IMG/VR virus record: IMGVR_UViG_3300049491_000829
Location: 126 to 64,125 of that record
Reading direction: 5' to 3' (one strand)
Length of the DNA: 64,000 bases
From: a virus
Taxonomy: Duplodnaviria > Caudoviricetes
Shown here: positions 29,831 through 39,366 of the stretch, piece after piece
Numbering within the stretch: the first letter of the stretch is position 1
Layout of the letters: each line of letters starts with the position of its first letter
The notes under the pieces: generated by a model
Database searches by the model: none
Seen by the model: only the letters and a program-made list of their open reading frames with translations
What the model was told of the DNA's origin: nothing
Program-made: the position numbers and the translations under genes

Positions 29831-30456
29831 GCAGTAAACACTGCGTCAATCTTGTCGCGATCGCCAAGTAGCAAAGAAACTTCAAAGGAAATTTTATCAG
29901 GATCGAGAGTACGTGCAGGGGTTTTTCCAATCTCCGCTAAATCGTACAACGCTGATAAACAGTAAATTTCATCGGCTGATACTATCCAAGAAGCTGATGC
30001 TACAGAATCGTTGTAACCCTGCAAACACCAAGCATCGACAGATGCATTGTTTTCTCTTAACCAATTGCAATATGCATGTACAATCAAGGGTTTATATTCC
30101 TTGATTAACTTTTCATCTTCTTTGAGCAAATTAAGTCCAAAGGAACACGCAGGGAACTGAATCAAACGATCGCCTAGAGGGATGCTGCGCCATTCAATCC
30201 CAGAGATATTAAATTCTCTTTGGAATTCGCGCACCCATGCATGAATTACATGTGACGCAAACATAGCTAGCGCATTTTTTTCTTTGATAAAGCACTGGAT
30301 TTGTTCGGAATTGCAAGTCGCGATCGCTGCTTTGACAAGATTTGACGCTGTAATTTGTAAACATTCTAAATCTGGGATGTCGCGTCCAAGCGCGATCGCG
30401 CAATTGACACTATGTAAGTATTCAGCTAATTGTTTCGTTTCCATTGTTGCTTGCAC
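29806..30456 (-). CDS. Hypothetical protein
   Basis: 216-aa ORF. Confidence 0.6.
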   Translation of the reverse strand: MQATMETKQLAEYLHSVNCAIALGRDIPDLECLQITASNLVKAAIATCNSEQIQCFIKEKNALAMFASHVIHAWVREFQREFNISGIEWRSIPLGDRLIQFPACSFGLNLLKEDEKLIKEYKPLIVHAYCNWLRENNASVDAWCLQGYNDSVASASWIVSADEIYCLSALYDLAEIGKTPARTLDPDKISFEVSLLLGDRDKIDAVFTACPVGVIP

Positions 30457-30501
30457 TGTAGTTTTTACTTAGTTGCACTTAGGGAAAAGTTTCCCTAAGT
30501 C

Positions 30502-31140
30502 CTAAAACGCTTTTGACAATCCCTGCTTTTTGCTTGCGTACAAAGCTGCGATCGCGCTTACTGCTTTATCTCTAGCTTGTTGCTCTGCTTCGATGTCGAT
30601 TTCAGGAGCAATCGCAGGCGACAAAGCTAAGACGTTATGAGCAGTTGGCTTAATCAAGTCCTGCATAGTCTTGTCTTTTTTCCAGTTAGTGGATTTTTTA
30701 AAAGATTTCCAAGCCGTGATAAACTGATTTTTGAGCGTACTGTGTAAACTCTCAACCCTTGCTTCTGCTAGCAAGGATAAACCACCTAGAGTTTGCAAAG
30801 CTAGCTTGGCGTGACCTGATAAAGTGTCTACAATCGCAGGACGATCCGTTGGCGCAAGTCGCAGCGCTTGCAAGATTTTGAGCCATTCTTGCAGCGCTTC
30901 TGCTTCTTCGTCACCTGTAATCAACTGGGTAAACTCTTGGGGACTAGGCATCCATTTAAGTGTCGCGATCGCCTTTTTCTTTGCAATCTCGATTTCGTCG
31001 TCATCAAGAACGCCAAAAACTTCATTTTTCCAAACTTGCATTACTACTTTGGGAATTTCTTTCTCGTCAGGGCTTTTCCCGTGTAACCAAGAAAAATAAC
31101 TAGTTAGCTCTCCTAGAAGTTCTTTAATGGGTTCTTCCAT
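30502..31140 (-). CDS. Replication-associated protein (helicase loader/inhibitor-like, DUF6475-like)
   Basis: W...L..L...EIEIA...A...KWMPSPQEF...AEALQEW pattern; directly downstream of the initiator. Confidence 0.55.
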   Translation of the reverse strand: MEEPIKELLGELTSYFSWLHGKSPDEKEIPKVVMQVWKNEVFGVLDDDEIEIAKKKAIATLKWMPSPQEFTQLITGDEEAEALQEWLKILQALRLAPTDRPAIVDTLSGHAKLALQTLGGLSLLAEARVESLHSTLKNQFITAWKSFKKSTNWKKDKTMQDLIKPTAHNVLALSPAIAPEIDIEAEQQARDKAVSAIAALYASKKQGLSKAF

Positions 31141-31166
31141 TGCTTTTGCTCGATAAGTGATGTTTT

Positions 31167-31196
31167 ATTGTATGTCGCATGTGACACACTTGTCAA
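31167..31196 (-). promoter_or_regulatory. Promoter with operator
   Basis: TTGACA-18-TACAAT on the minus strand with TATGTC-N6-GACACA. Confidence 0.65.
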
Positions 31197-31246
31197 CCAT
31201 CTTATTTAGTAGCCTGAATCTAGGCTTTTGCAATTTTGTGACTTGA

Positions 31247-32875
31247 CTAAACGAATGCTTTTATTTCGTGTCGATATTCCGCAAACTCCGGGCGATCGCT
31301 TATTATCAAATCTCTCAATTCTTCAACCCAGTTAGGTCGTCGATCGAAGACTTGCGTCATCGGAAGGTGTTTGAGATTGTTGTCTATGAAGAACTGTTTT
31401 TTATACGCTCTAAAAATATCGCTTCTCTCTAGCTCCGAAAACATTACTTTGTCCGCTTGTTGATTTAAAGCGTCTGCAACTTTCATCGTCGCAACTTCTT
31501 TAGGTAGTGCGTCTCGACTAGTCGCGCTGACTAATGCTGGATTGCTTTCTATCATTGCATTCCACTCAATAAACAACTCGTCGCGTCGTTGGTTATTGTA
31601 TTTTGCAATTGAAATATGCTTCCGTATCTGAGTTAGCGCAGAACCAACTGTCAAAGACTTGTAAAACTTTGTTGCAGAAAGTCTTTGACACATCCAGTCT
31701 TCAAACCCAGCGTGAAAATGATAGCGATCGCCTTCTATATCCCAAGGAAATTGTTCGCTCCCGTCTAAATTGCGTTTTACGCCCGGTTCATTTACGCGGA
31801 TGTACTTTGCAGCATTCTCGACAGTTAAAGTCGCTTGCACGCGATTTTGAACGGGCTGCGCGGCGACTGCGGAAGATTGACCCTCTAGGCAAATATTGTG
31901 GTCAACATAAGAATTCTCAATCTTAGTAACAGGCGTAGTCGCGCAGTCTATGACTTCTTCTTTTATTTCTATATTCTGCTGTACCTCCCATTCCTGGAGT
32001 TCGTTCTGTATTTTATCCCAATCAACATTTTCAAAATTGAAAGATTCCTCATCCCCCCCCAAGGCTGTTTCTTTTATTTCCAAATCCACGGCTGTTAATT
32101 CAAAATTCCTGAACACGACAAATCCAGCAGTTGAAGCAACCCCCCCAAGGCTGTTCTCTTCGTTTTTTCCAGCCTTCGCGTTTAATAAAGATTGGGGGGG
32201 TATAGATAATATATTTTTTGTATTATCTTTTAAATCTTTTACATATATAGTCAGTTTGGTCACGTTCTGCAAACTAGTTTGGTCACGTTCTGCAAACTCA
32301 GTTTGGTCACGTTCTGCAAACTCAGTTTGGTCACGTTCTGCAAACTCAGTTTGGTCACGTTCTGCAAACTCAGTTTGGTCACGTTCTGCAAACTCAGCGC
32401 TGTCTGGCATCTCTACAACAAAACGAGCGCGAGGGCTTTTACGTTTTGAACGAGGACGATCGCTCTTAAAAGTTCCGCCTAGAATCGCGTCAATCTTCTC
32501 GTCTAGCGCTTCATAATTAACTTTGTAATGCAAAGTAGCAGGCGAACCCCTTAATACTGTCTCAATCACTCCTAGTTCAATCAAATGATTTCTATTTTTT
32601 TCAATTTCGTAGCGACTCAAAGATGTTTTTTCTTCCCACTCACGAACTGATTTGCTAAACCAGCCATTTTTACCAGCTTCGAGCGATCGCTGACTCCAGT
32701 AATCCGCTTGGGAAAGCAGTAAACCCCCACATGCACAACCCGCGATCGTTGCAAATATCCGAGAAAAAGCAATTACCCCTGTTAGTTTTTGATATTTGCT
32801 CTTCCCTTTTTTCTCGTTTCCAGCTACACTAGGTTCAACTTGACTAGACGATTCGACTTGAGTTGAATATTTCAC
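31247..32875 (-). CDS. Phage replication initiator (lambda O-like, N-terminal wHTH) with internal iterons
   Basis: LLLSQADYW...GWFSKS..EWEEKTSLSRYEIEKNRNHLIELGVIE...GSPATLHYKVN, then EFAERDQT repeats. Confidence 0.82.
   Translation of the reverse strand: MKYSTQVESSSQVEPSVAGNEKKGKSKYQKLTGVIAFSRIFATIAGCACGGLLLSQADYWSQRSLEAGKNGWFSKSVREWEEKTSLSRYEIEKNRNHLIELGVIETVLRGSPATLHYKVNYEALDEKIDAILGGTFKSDRPRSKRKSPRARFVVEMPDSAEFAERDQTEFAERDQTEFAERDQTEFAERDQTEFAERDQTSLQNVTKLTIYVKDLKDNTKNILSIPPQSLLNAKAGKNEENSLGGVASTAGFVVFRNFELTAVDLEIKETALGGDEESFNFENVDWDKIQNELQEWEVQQNIEIKEEVIDCATTPVTKIENSYVDHNICLEGQSSAVAAQPVQNRVQATLTVENAAKYIRVNEPGVKRNLDGSEQFPWDIEGDRYHFHAGFEDWMCQRLSATKFYKSLTVGSALTQIRKHISIAKYNNQRRDELFIEWNAMIESNPALVSATSRDALPKEVATMKVADALNQQADKVMFSELERSDIFRAYKKQFFIDNNLKHLPMTQVFDRRPNWVEELRDLIISDRPEFAEYRHEIKAFV
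32253..32394. repeat. Iteron array 1: 6 x 24 bp AGTTTGGTCACGTTCTGCAAACTC, probable origin
   Basis: Units at 32253, 32276, 32300, 32324, 32348, 32372; AT-rich tract 32200-32250 adjacent. Confidence 0.9.
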
Positions 32876-33203
32876 TCGATTACTCCTGTTTTGGTTGACG
32901 GGTTCTGTTGATTAGTCTGTCTTGTTCAAAAAAATTCATTTAATTACTACGGGAGGTCGGAACGCGATCGCCCGTTTTGTCTTTTTAGAAAGCTTTCCAC
33001 AAGATACAGCATTTTGCAAGTAACCCTTTTTTCTACTTAGGGAAAAGTTTCTCTAAGTCCGTATCGTGGATTATCTCACATATCTATGTTATACAGCAAA
33101 TTAAATTATGTGCAACTTTTGACATACAAAATTGATTTCCAAACAAACGTAGCGGTGGACATTTAAGGTATCCACCGCTAGCAAAATAAGGATGCATTTT
33201 TAA

Positions 33204-33452
33204 TTACAGGTTGTTAACGATTTTTTCCAGTTGATAGACTTGTCGTTCTAGCATCGCGATCGCTTGCTGCATCTGACTCGCTTCGCTGTTGTCTTGAATC
33301 GTTAACTGAGATTTGATGATTTTGTTGAGTGCTTGCGCTGCTCCTAAGTTGTTTTTTCTGCAATACTCCTGAAATAAACTTAGTGTTTCACCATTTGGAT
33401 ACGCAGCAAGTCTCAAGGATTTGGGTGTTCTGTTTGCTGTTGCTGTTTTCAT
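33204..33452 (-). CDS. Small RHH-like regulator
   Basis: Beta-helix-helix pattern plus coiled coil. Confidence 0.55.
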   Translation of the reverse strand: MKTATANRTPKSLRLAAYPNGETLSLFQEYCRKNNLGAAQALNKIIKSQLTIQDNSEASQMQQAIAMLERQVYQLEKIVNNL

Positions 33453-33706
33453 GCGATCGCCCCTATCTTGCTCTCTAAAACGTTTAACTTTGCTTGCAGC
33501 CTTTCTAATTTTGCTTGTGGGGATTCTACTATCCCACCCTCAAAAAAATTCTGCATCAGAAAAATAACAAAGCTACTCTCGCTAATATCGCCTTCTTTAC
33601 GTCTAGCAGCCTCGAACGCTCTATACTCCTCATTGCTGATTCGCGTAGCAATCTGCTTTGTTTTAGTTAATTCCTTCATAGCTAGTTTGTTTATTTGATG
33701 GCTCAA
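33449..33706 (-). CDS. Small RHH-like regulator
   Basis: QIATRISNEEYRAFEAA...ISESSFV pattern. Confidence 0.6.
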   Translation of the reverse strand: MSHQINKLAMKELTKTKQIATRISNEEYRAFEAARRKEGDISESSFVIFLMQNFFEGGIVESPQAKLERLQAKLNVLESKIGAIA

Positions 33707-33790
33707 TCATGTCATATCAATCATATCATTATTTAAAAAAATCGCAAGGAGACAAAACGCTGCATCCCGGTCTGGTTGCTTGATAAAGCG

Positions 33791-33808
33791 TATGTCGCTA
33801 TTGACATA
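33791..33808. promoter_or_regulatory. Operator TATGTC-GCTATT-GACATA in divergent intergenic region
   Basis: Exact match to the operator palindrome. Confidence 0.7.
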
Positions 33809-33880
33809 CTTCTTGTTTAAGATTACAAGTATAGATACACAGTGTTTGCAACACTTACAAAAAAGACATTAAGGACAATC

Positions 33881-35038
33881 ATGGCTATTAAAGGGCTTAC
33901 AGACAAAAGTGATAGAAACGACAGAAGCATCTTAGGTAGGATTGAAATAAAGGTATTTAAAGGCGATCGCATGACTGGCAGCAAAGGGCAAAGTAATACC
34001 CGTGCGGGTGTGACCCTTCAAAAGGATTATCGTATAACCACTGCTAACACAAGGCTGCGAAAGCTACTCGAAGCAGCGTATGGGAAAGCAAACGAGCAAG
34101 GGGATATTCTCACAGATGTACTAAATGTGTATTTTCCTTTTGAAGAGAGCGATCGCACGTTCGCGACAAGTATGAAAAGTTTCTCAGCTTCAGGACTTGA
34201 AATTGTTTGCGATCGCGAGACAATCTCGAAAGAAGTGCAGCAGATGAAAGACGATAAAGGGAATATACATCGTCCAATTATTGAATGCAGCAAGCCCTGC
34301 TTTGTCGCTGGACAGCCTGTTAGCGTTCAATGTCCCAAGGGTTGCAAAGCAGGTGGTGAGTTTTATTTCTATATCAGAGAGTTATTTGATGCGGATATTA
34401 TGACCCCATGTTTGATGACAGTACATGGCTATTCAGACATTGATTACATTGGAAATCGTTTAGAGACGCTGCAAGCTGAGATTGGGAGCATAACAAATAG
34501 TCCATTTCCTAGCTTCCAGACCCGACATAAAATACCGTTTACCCTGACACGTGCGAAAATTGGCATAAAACGTCCAGTTGTTAGCGGACGAGATGACGGA
34601 TACAAGCGGACTGGGAAAAAAGCAGACGGAGAAACCTGGGCAGTCGAGATAAATCCAGATACTAGATACATGGAGTTATTGCGAGCTTGGAGGCTCGCAG
34701 ACGAACTTAAGCGCATGAACATAGCTTTACCCTCTAAAGCGCTCGCAGGGCTACTGCAAGGTGATGCAGCAGCAATACAATATATAGATGTCGATGTAGT
34801 GGAATCCGTTGCTGTTAAAGCACTACCTGTTGCAATTCAAGAAAGACAAATAACAAGCGAAGAATGGGCGATCGCAAAGCATCTCTTTGAAGAAAACAAT
34901 TGGACAAAAAACGCAACAATCCGACTTTTGCAAGAATGCTTTGCAGTCGAAAAAGCGTCTTTGCTCACTATTGAACAATTGCGAAGACTAGAAGCGATCG
35001 CAGTCGATCCCGATGAGCGCGAATACTGGCAAACTTAA
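33881..35038 (+). CDS. Gp3/recombination-directionality-factor-like protein
   Basis: MAIKGLTD..., CDRET, C..C...GCK.GG.FYF, IPFTLTR pattern. Confidence 0.6.
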   Translation: MAIKGLTDKSDRNDRSILGRIEIKVFKGDRMTGSKGQSNTRAGVTLQKDYRITTANTRLRKLLEAAYGKANEQGDILTDVLNVYFPFEESDRTFATSMKSFSASGLEIVCDRETISKEVQQMKDDKGNIHRPIIECSKPCFVAGQPVSVQCPKGCKAGGEFYFYIRELFDADIMTPCLMTVHGYSDIDYIGNRLETLQAEIGSITNSPFPSFQTRHKIPFTLTRAKIGIKRPVVSGRDDGYKRTGKKADGETWAVEINPDTRYMELLRAWRLADELKRMNIALPSKALAGLLQGDAAAIQYIDVDVVESVAVKALPVAIQERQITSEEWAIAKHLFEENNWTKNATIRLLQECFAVEKASLLTIEQLRRLEAIAVDPDEREYWQT

Positions 35039-35088
35039 AACTGACAATACTATTTTTTACCTGCGACTTAGAGAAACTTTTCTCTAAG

Positions 35089-35241
35089 TCATTTTTGTGT
35101 GTTTTTACTCTCCAAAAATTTGTCAATAAGCGTGACTATTAAATTATTGACGCTTCTGTTGTCCGCGATCGCGCAACGTTTCAACTGTTCTAATTTCTCA
35201 GGTTCGACGTAAACAACAACTTTAGGCTTTTTACTAGGCAT
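35089..35241 (-). CDS. Arc/CopG ribbon-helix-helix repressor
   Basis: MPSKKPKVVVYVEPEKLEQLKRCAIADNRSVNNLIVTLI. Confidence 0.8.
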   Translation of the reverse strand: MPSKKPKVVVYVEPEKLEQLKRCAIADNRSVNNLIVTLIDKFLESKNTQK

Positions 35242-35334
35242 ACTTGTATACTCTTTCATTCCCCTTTTAGTTTTATACAGAAACAAAAAAATATAAAGGG
35301 GTTGACACCTTCACACCCCTTGCGCTAATTTAGA

Positions 35335-35386
35335 TGTTAACAGGGTGTTAACAGACTGTTTACACGTTGAGAACAAGTTGTTTACA
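35335..35386. promoter_or_regulatory. Operator array TGTTWACA with 11-bp period
   Basis: Units at 35335, 35346, 35357, 35368 (degenerate), 35379, between divergent genes. Confidence 0.7.
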
Positions 35387-35397
35387 GGAGGAGTTTT

Positions 35398-35577
35398 ATG
35401 AGTAGATGGACCGTGCAGACAGATAAAAGCTGCAAGGCGATCGCAGAAAGAGTCATGCAAGAGACAGGGATTGAATCAATTGGAAAAGTGATTGAGATTT
35501 TGTTAATTCGTCATAGCGACGATTTGATAAAGGGCTACAACACTTTTATGTCAAACGTGGCACAGGGGGAGAGATGA
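35398..35577 (+). CDS. Small hypothetical protein (59 aa, not in the ORF track)
   Basis: GGAGGAG RBS; stop overlaps the next ATG (ATGA). Confidence 0.65.
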   Translation: MSRWTVQTDKSCKAIAERVMQETGIESIGKVIEILLIRHSDDLIKGYNTFMSNVAQGER

Positions 35578-36014
35578 CGCGAGGTACTAAATATCTCAAA
35601 CAAGCTTCTCTTGGTGGATTTGGATTGATTTTAATAGCAGCCCCTTGGATTCTGACTGTACCTGGTAGTTTTAAAGTTTATTCGACAGCAAACAGCTTGC
35701 AGACAGAAGCAGGAATCAAAGGAGCGGAGATTGAGCAAGACGAATTAGTTCGTAGACGCAGGGACGTAGAGAGGAAGGAAACGTCAAAAGCCTTAAAGGC
35801 AAATGGTGACTTTCTTCCAAGCCATGACAGATTACGCATGAGCCGTTATTTATACGATGAAAAACGCGATCCTCGCCCGGATACATCAGGATACCAGAAA
35901 GGTGAAACTGTATATGTTTTTGACTCTTCCTGGCAGTGCATAGGGAGAATCAAGGACGGGGAATGGCAATTTAAGCCACGCTATCAAGGAAACATTTGTA
36001 AAGATTTTAACTAA
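35574..36014 (+). CDS. Single-TM membrane protein
   Basis: N-terminal hydrophobic helix and coiled coil. Confidence 0.65.
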   Translation: MTRGTKYLKQASLGGFGLILIAAPWILTVPGSFKVYSTANSLQTEAGIKGAEIEQDELVRRRRDVERKETSKALKANGDFLPSHDRLRMSRYLYDEKRDPRPDTSGYQKGETVYVFDSSWQCIGRIKDGEWQFKPRYQGNICKDFN

Positions 36015-36023
36015 TTAAGGAGT

Positions 36024-36809
36024 ATGCCTAAAATGACACAAGCTAGAAGAAGAGGAAGACCACCCCGTAGTGTTGCAGAAAGCGATAATTTGCCAATGAA
36101 TCAAACAGAGCAAGACGCATCTACACCTGTGGAAGTATTTGAGCAAGAGCAAAAAGCTAAAGGCATTGGCGGTTGGATTGAGATTATTGCAGGATGGGTA
36201 GTTTTTGTAGTTTCTTTGCCTATTCGTTTTTTTGGCGCGATCGCCGAGCAGTTTGTAAAGCGAGGTGGTCACGGCACAAAGATTTTAGGATTTGTCGCGT
36301 TTGCAATTGGCATGTTCTTGAGTGCAGATGGAATCTGGCAAACATTCTTTCAAGGAATTCCGTTATTCCCGTGGTTTGAAGATTCTTGGATTGGCTGGCA
36401 AGGCTGGCTCACAATCTGGATTAACCCTGCGTTTTGGGCTTCTTTGGTAATCTCGACGACAATTCAAGTAATCGAAGCTGGTGCAATTCGAGGAAAAACA
36501 CCAGGTAAAGCAAGAGCGGAATACGAGAACGTTAAGCATCACACTTTGCCAACGCAACCTAGTCAGGGGATTGATTTAGTTCGCGCAGCTTGGAAGGACT
36601 ATAAAAAGGCTGGGATGACTCAACGCAATCAAAATAGCTTGTTTAGGCTAGTTGTTTGGGGTACTGACGTTGTTACTTGTTTTGTAGGGCGTAACCCGTT
36701 TGCTTTTACAAGTCCAGGAATGATACTTGCTTGTTTTGCTTACAACATTTTTACAATCCTTGCTGCTGAACACGGCTACAACATTTGGAAGGAAATGAAA
36801 GAAGACTAA
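36024..36809 (+). CDS. Multi-pass membrane protein
   Basis: About 4-5 hydrophobic segments; AAGGAG RBS. Confidence 0.7.
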   Translation: MPKMTQARRRGRPPRSVAESDNLPMNQTEQDASTPVEVFEQEQKAKGIGGWIEIIAGWVVFVVSLPIRFFGAIAEQFVKRGGHGTKILGFVAFAIGMFLSADGIWQTFFQGIPLFPWFEDSWIGWQGWLTIWINPAFWASLVISTTIQVIEAGAIRGKTPGKARAEYENVKHHTLPTQPSQGIDLVRAAWKDYKKAGMTQRNQNSLFRLVVWGTDVVTCFVGRNPFAFTSPGMILACFAYNIFTILAAEHGYNIWKEMKED

Positions 36810-36980
36810 GACTACGCGATCGTTGTAAAGCGGTGTTTTTAACACATCGCTGATAGGACAGCAACCAAGTTCGATGCTTGGGCGATCGCTTTAGCGGCAT
36901 CCTTGATGTATCGCTTTCACTTAGAGAAACTTTTCCCTAAGTCACTATACGAGATTTTATAAATACAGGTCATCATTATT

Positions 36981-39023
36981 ATGGATAACAATCTACCAAA
37001 ACTTGATTCTCGCGAAATGACGCGATTAAAGAGTGAGTATCCAAGTCTTGCTCATTTGGAAGCTGGAGATACAGCGCGATGGCTAACAATTCGACGCGAG
37101 GATTTATTAAGTAAAGCACGAGACGACAGAACAGGGATGAACTTGAGTAAGACTATTACGATGGCAGGCGCGATCGCAGGTGGTCTTTGTTACGCTGTAA
37201 GTCCGCTTGGTGTAGCAGGTGCGATCGTCTCTGGCATTGGTTATGCTTGGGCTGTTGCTCAAGACATGAATGATAGCCATATATTTGCGCCTTTGCCTTT
37301 TGTTCGTGGCGATTTTTTTGAATTTCTCCAAGCAATGGGCGATGCTGAGATGCGGGAAGAATATTTCAGCCATCAAAACGAGCAAGCTGACTTGATGGGG
37401 CATTTAGAGCCATTTGAGCGTAAGGAATACGCAATGCTCGCTGTCCATACTCACACGTTATCGGATTATTTGGAGCAGATTGAAGAAGGTAAGCGATTTT
37501 ACGCTTATAGATGGCTGCTGCAATGGTTTGTCCAACTCCAAGGGAATGTACCTGGTGTTGAGGAATTACACAGTCATATGAGAAGCGTCAAAGTCGATTC
37601 AGCAATTAACTATCAGCACGTCAAAGCATTGCGATCTCAACAAGAGCAAATCGCGCAAATAACTGGCATTCCAGGATTGTCTAGTCCGTTGCAAACTGTA
37701 AGTTTACCTCAAGCTCAAACTGTGAGTTTACCGACTGCTCAAGCTGCTAGCATTCCTGGTTTATCAAAAGTAGAATCTTCCACAGCACAATCTGCAAATT
37801 CTCAACAGTCTAACGAAACAATCAAGCAAACGCAAGCAAAAGCTCAGAAGATTATTGAGAAACTGGAAACAGACGGATTTGAGATTAGAGAAATAATGGC
37901 AGGGCAGATTATTGGCATAGCTGGTACTCAACGCGGAGGTAAAGGGACGCTTGCTGGACTTTGTGCAGTGTTAAATCTTGCAATTGACTCAACACAGACT
38001 GTTGAGTATTTCACATCAGGGGTTGACGTTTATCCTTTTAAATGTCGTTTGCACTGCGCTTTGAGTTATCCCAATCTAGATATTCAAGACGCTGACAAGC
38101 AAGTTGCTCGTGATTTGCTTGCATTCCTCAAAAAGCTTGCAAATAGCGAACCATATTCGCAAACTGGTTTAATCCTTGTCATTGACGAATGTTTGACTTT
38201 GCTCGGACAACTCGAAGCAAAGGACAGAGCATGGGCTATCAAATATCTTCTTTCCAATTCTGCAAAAACAGGTGCTTGCATCATCATGGTGCTTCACGCG
38301 AATAACTTGACTGCGATCGCTGGCGAAGAAACGTCAGGCATGGCTGCAACATTTCAAGAGTCAGTTCACTTTATTGGTTGTAAAGCTCAAAGTGTTCCAA
38401 TGCCTAACAATCCTATGCGTTCAATGAACGTTGCATCAGGCGAATACTTTATAGCGGATGTGAAAAATTTTGGCAAAGCGATCGCAGATGGTGAACTTGG
38501 ACAAGTACCTGGCTGGCTCAAAAAAGAAATCCACCCCGGTAGCAAACAACCCGATCCTGTGCGATCGCTTCTCAAGTTTTTCCCAGAACTTGAAGACTGC
38601 GATCGCTCTTCAGTCATCCTTGGTGGAAACGTTGCTCTAAGTAGTGAAAGTGATGATTGGGACATGGACTATACAGACGAAGTAGTTTTGCAGCGCGATC
38701 GTACCCCTGTTCAAGTAGTAGAAGAAGTCAAAGACAAAGTAAAGAATGAAACACAATTCGACAAAGACGAATCTTACGAGGATGACGAAAGATTTATCTC
38801 TAAAGCTACGTCAATTATAGTTGCATACATGAATGAGAAAAAAATGTCTAACTTTGAGCGAAAAGACACAAGGAAACTCAGAGAAATTTATAAATTTCGC
38901 TCAAAGCTTGTAGGTAGGCATTTGAACATTAGTGAGATGGACAGAGTTATAAATAAGCTTATTCTTGACGGCTATATGGAAAAGAATGGAGATAACTTTA
39001 TTTTTACCCTTGATGAAGATTAA
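36981..39023 (+). CDS. Membrane-anchored P-loop ATPase (FtsK/HerA/TraB-like) with C-terminal wHTH-like domain
   Basis: Two N-terminal TMs, Walker A GTQRGGKGT, Walker B LILVIDE, basic helical C-terminus. Confidence 0.7.
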   Translation: MDNNLPKLDSREMTRLKSEYPSLAHLEAGDTARWLTIRREDLLSKARDDRTGMNLSKTITMAGAIAGGLCYAVSPLGVAGAIVSGIGYAWAVAQDMNDSHIFAPLPFVRGDFFEFLQAMGDAEMREEYFSHQNEQADLMGHLEPFERKEYAMLAVHTHTLSDYLEQIEEGKRFYAYRWLLQWFVQLQGNVPGVEELHSHMRSVKVDSAINYQHVKALRSQQEQIAQITGIPGLSSPLQTVSLPQAQTVSLPTAQAASIPGLSKVESSTAQSANSQQSNETIKQTQAKAQKIIEKLETDGFEIREIMAGQIIGIAGTQRGGKGTLAGLCAVLNLAIDSTQTVEYFTSGVDVYPFKCRLHCALSYPNLDIQDADKQVARDLLAFLKKLANSEPYSQTGLILVIDECLTLLGQLEAKDRAWAIKYLLSNSAKTGACIIMVLHANNLTAIAGEETSGMAATFQESVHFIGCKAQSVPMPNNPMRSMNVASGEYFIADVKNFGKAIADGELGQVPGWLKKEIHPGSKQPDPVRSLLKFFPELEDCDRSSVILGGNVALSSESDDWDMDYTDEVVLQRDRTPVQVVEEVKDKVKNETQFDKDESYEDDERFISKATSIIVAYMNEKKMSNFERKDTRKLREIYKFRSKLVGRHLNISEMDRVINKLILDGYMEKNGDNFIFTLDED

Positions 39024-39053
39024 CTAACATTAATTCCTTTTAGGGTTAATAAA

Positions 39054-39308
39054 TGGGACGAGTGGGACGGATGGGACGACACCCCAAAAACCCCTTGTTT
39101 TTACCCTCGTCCCACTCGTCCCACGTCCCACGTCCCAACCGTCCCAAGTGACGCAAATCCTTACACAGCAAGTCGTCCCACCTCGTCCCATTATTATTTT
39201 TTGATTTATAACCAGACGACGATATAAGTCATGAGTCGTCCCACTCGTCCCAAGTCGCCGTCCCAACCGTCCCAAGTGACGCAATCCCTTACACAGCAAG
39301 TCGTCCCA
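39054..39308. repeat. CGTCCCA heptamer cluster (12 forward, 3 reverse) with a duplication of about 50 bp
   Basis: Reverse 39054, 39063, 39072; forward 39108, 39117, 39124, 39131, 39140, 39174, 39184, 39237, 39246, 39259, 39268, 39302. Confidence 0.92.
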
Positions 39309-39366
39309 CTCCGTTAAGCTAACTTTTTAAAGTTTTTACACAAATCATCATCAGGAGTTCAATAAA

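Noticed and set aside
32253-32394. CRISPR array interpretation of the 24-bp tandem repeats (also 63769-63935)
   Set aside because: The units are contiguous with no unique spacers, and no cas genes are visible.
39030-39299. 89-aa minus-strand ORF
   Set aside because: It lies wholly within the CGTCCCA repeat cluster and is probably spurious.
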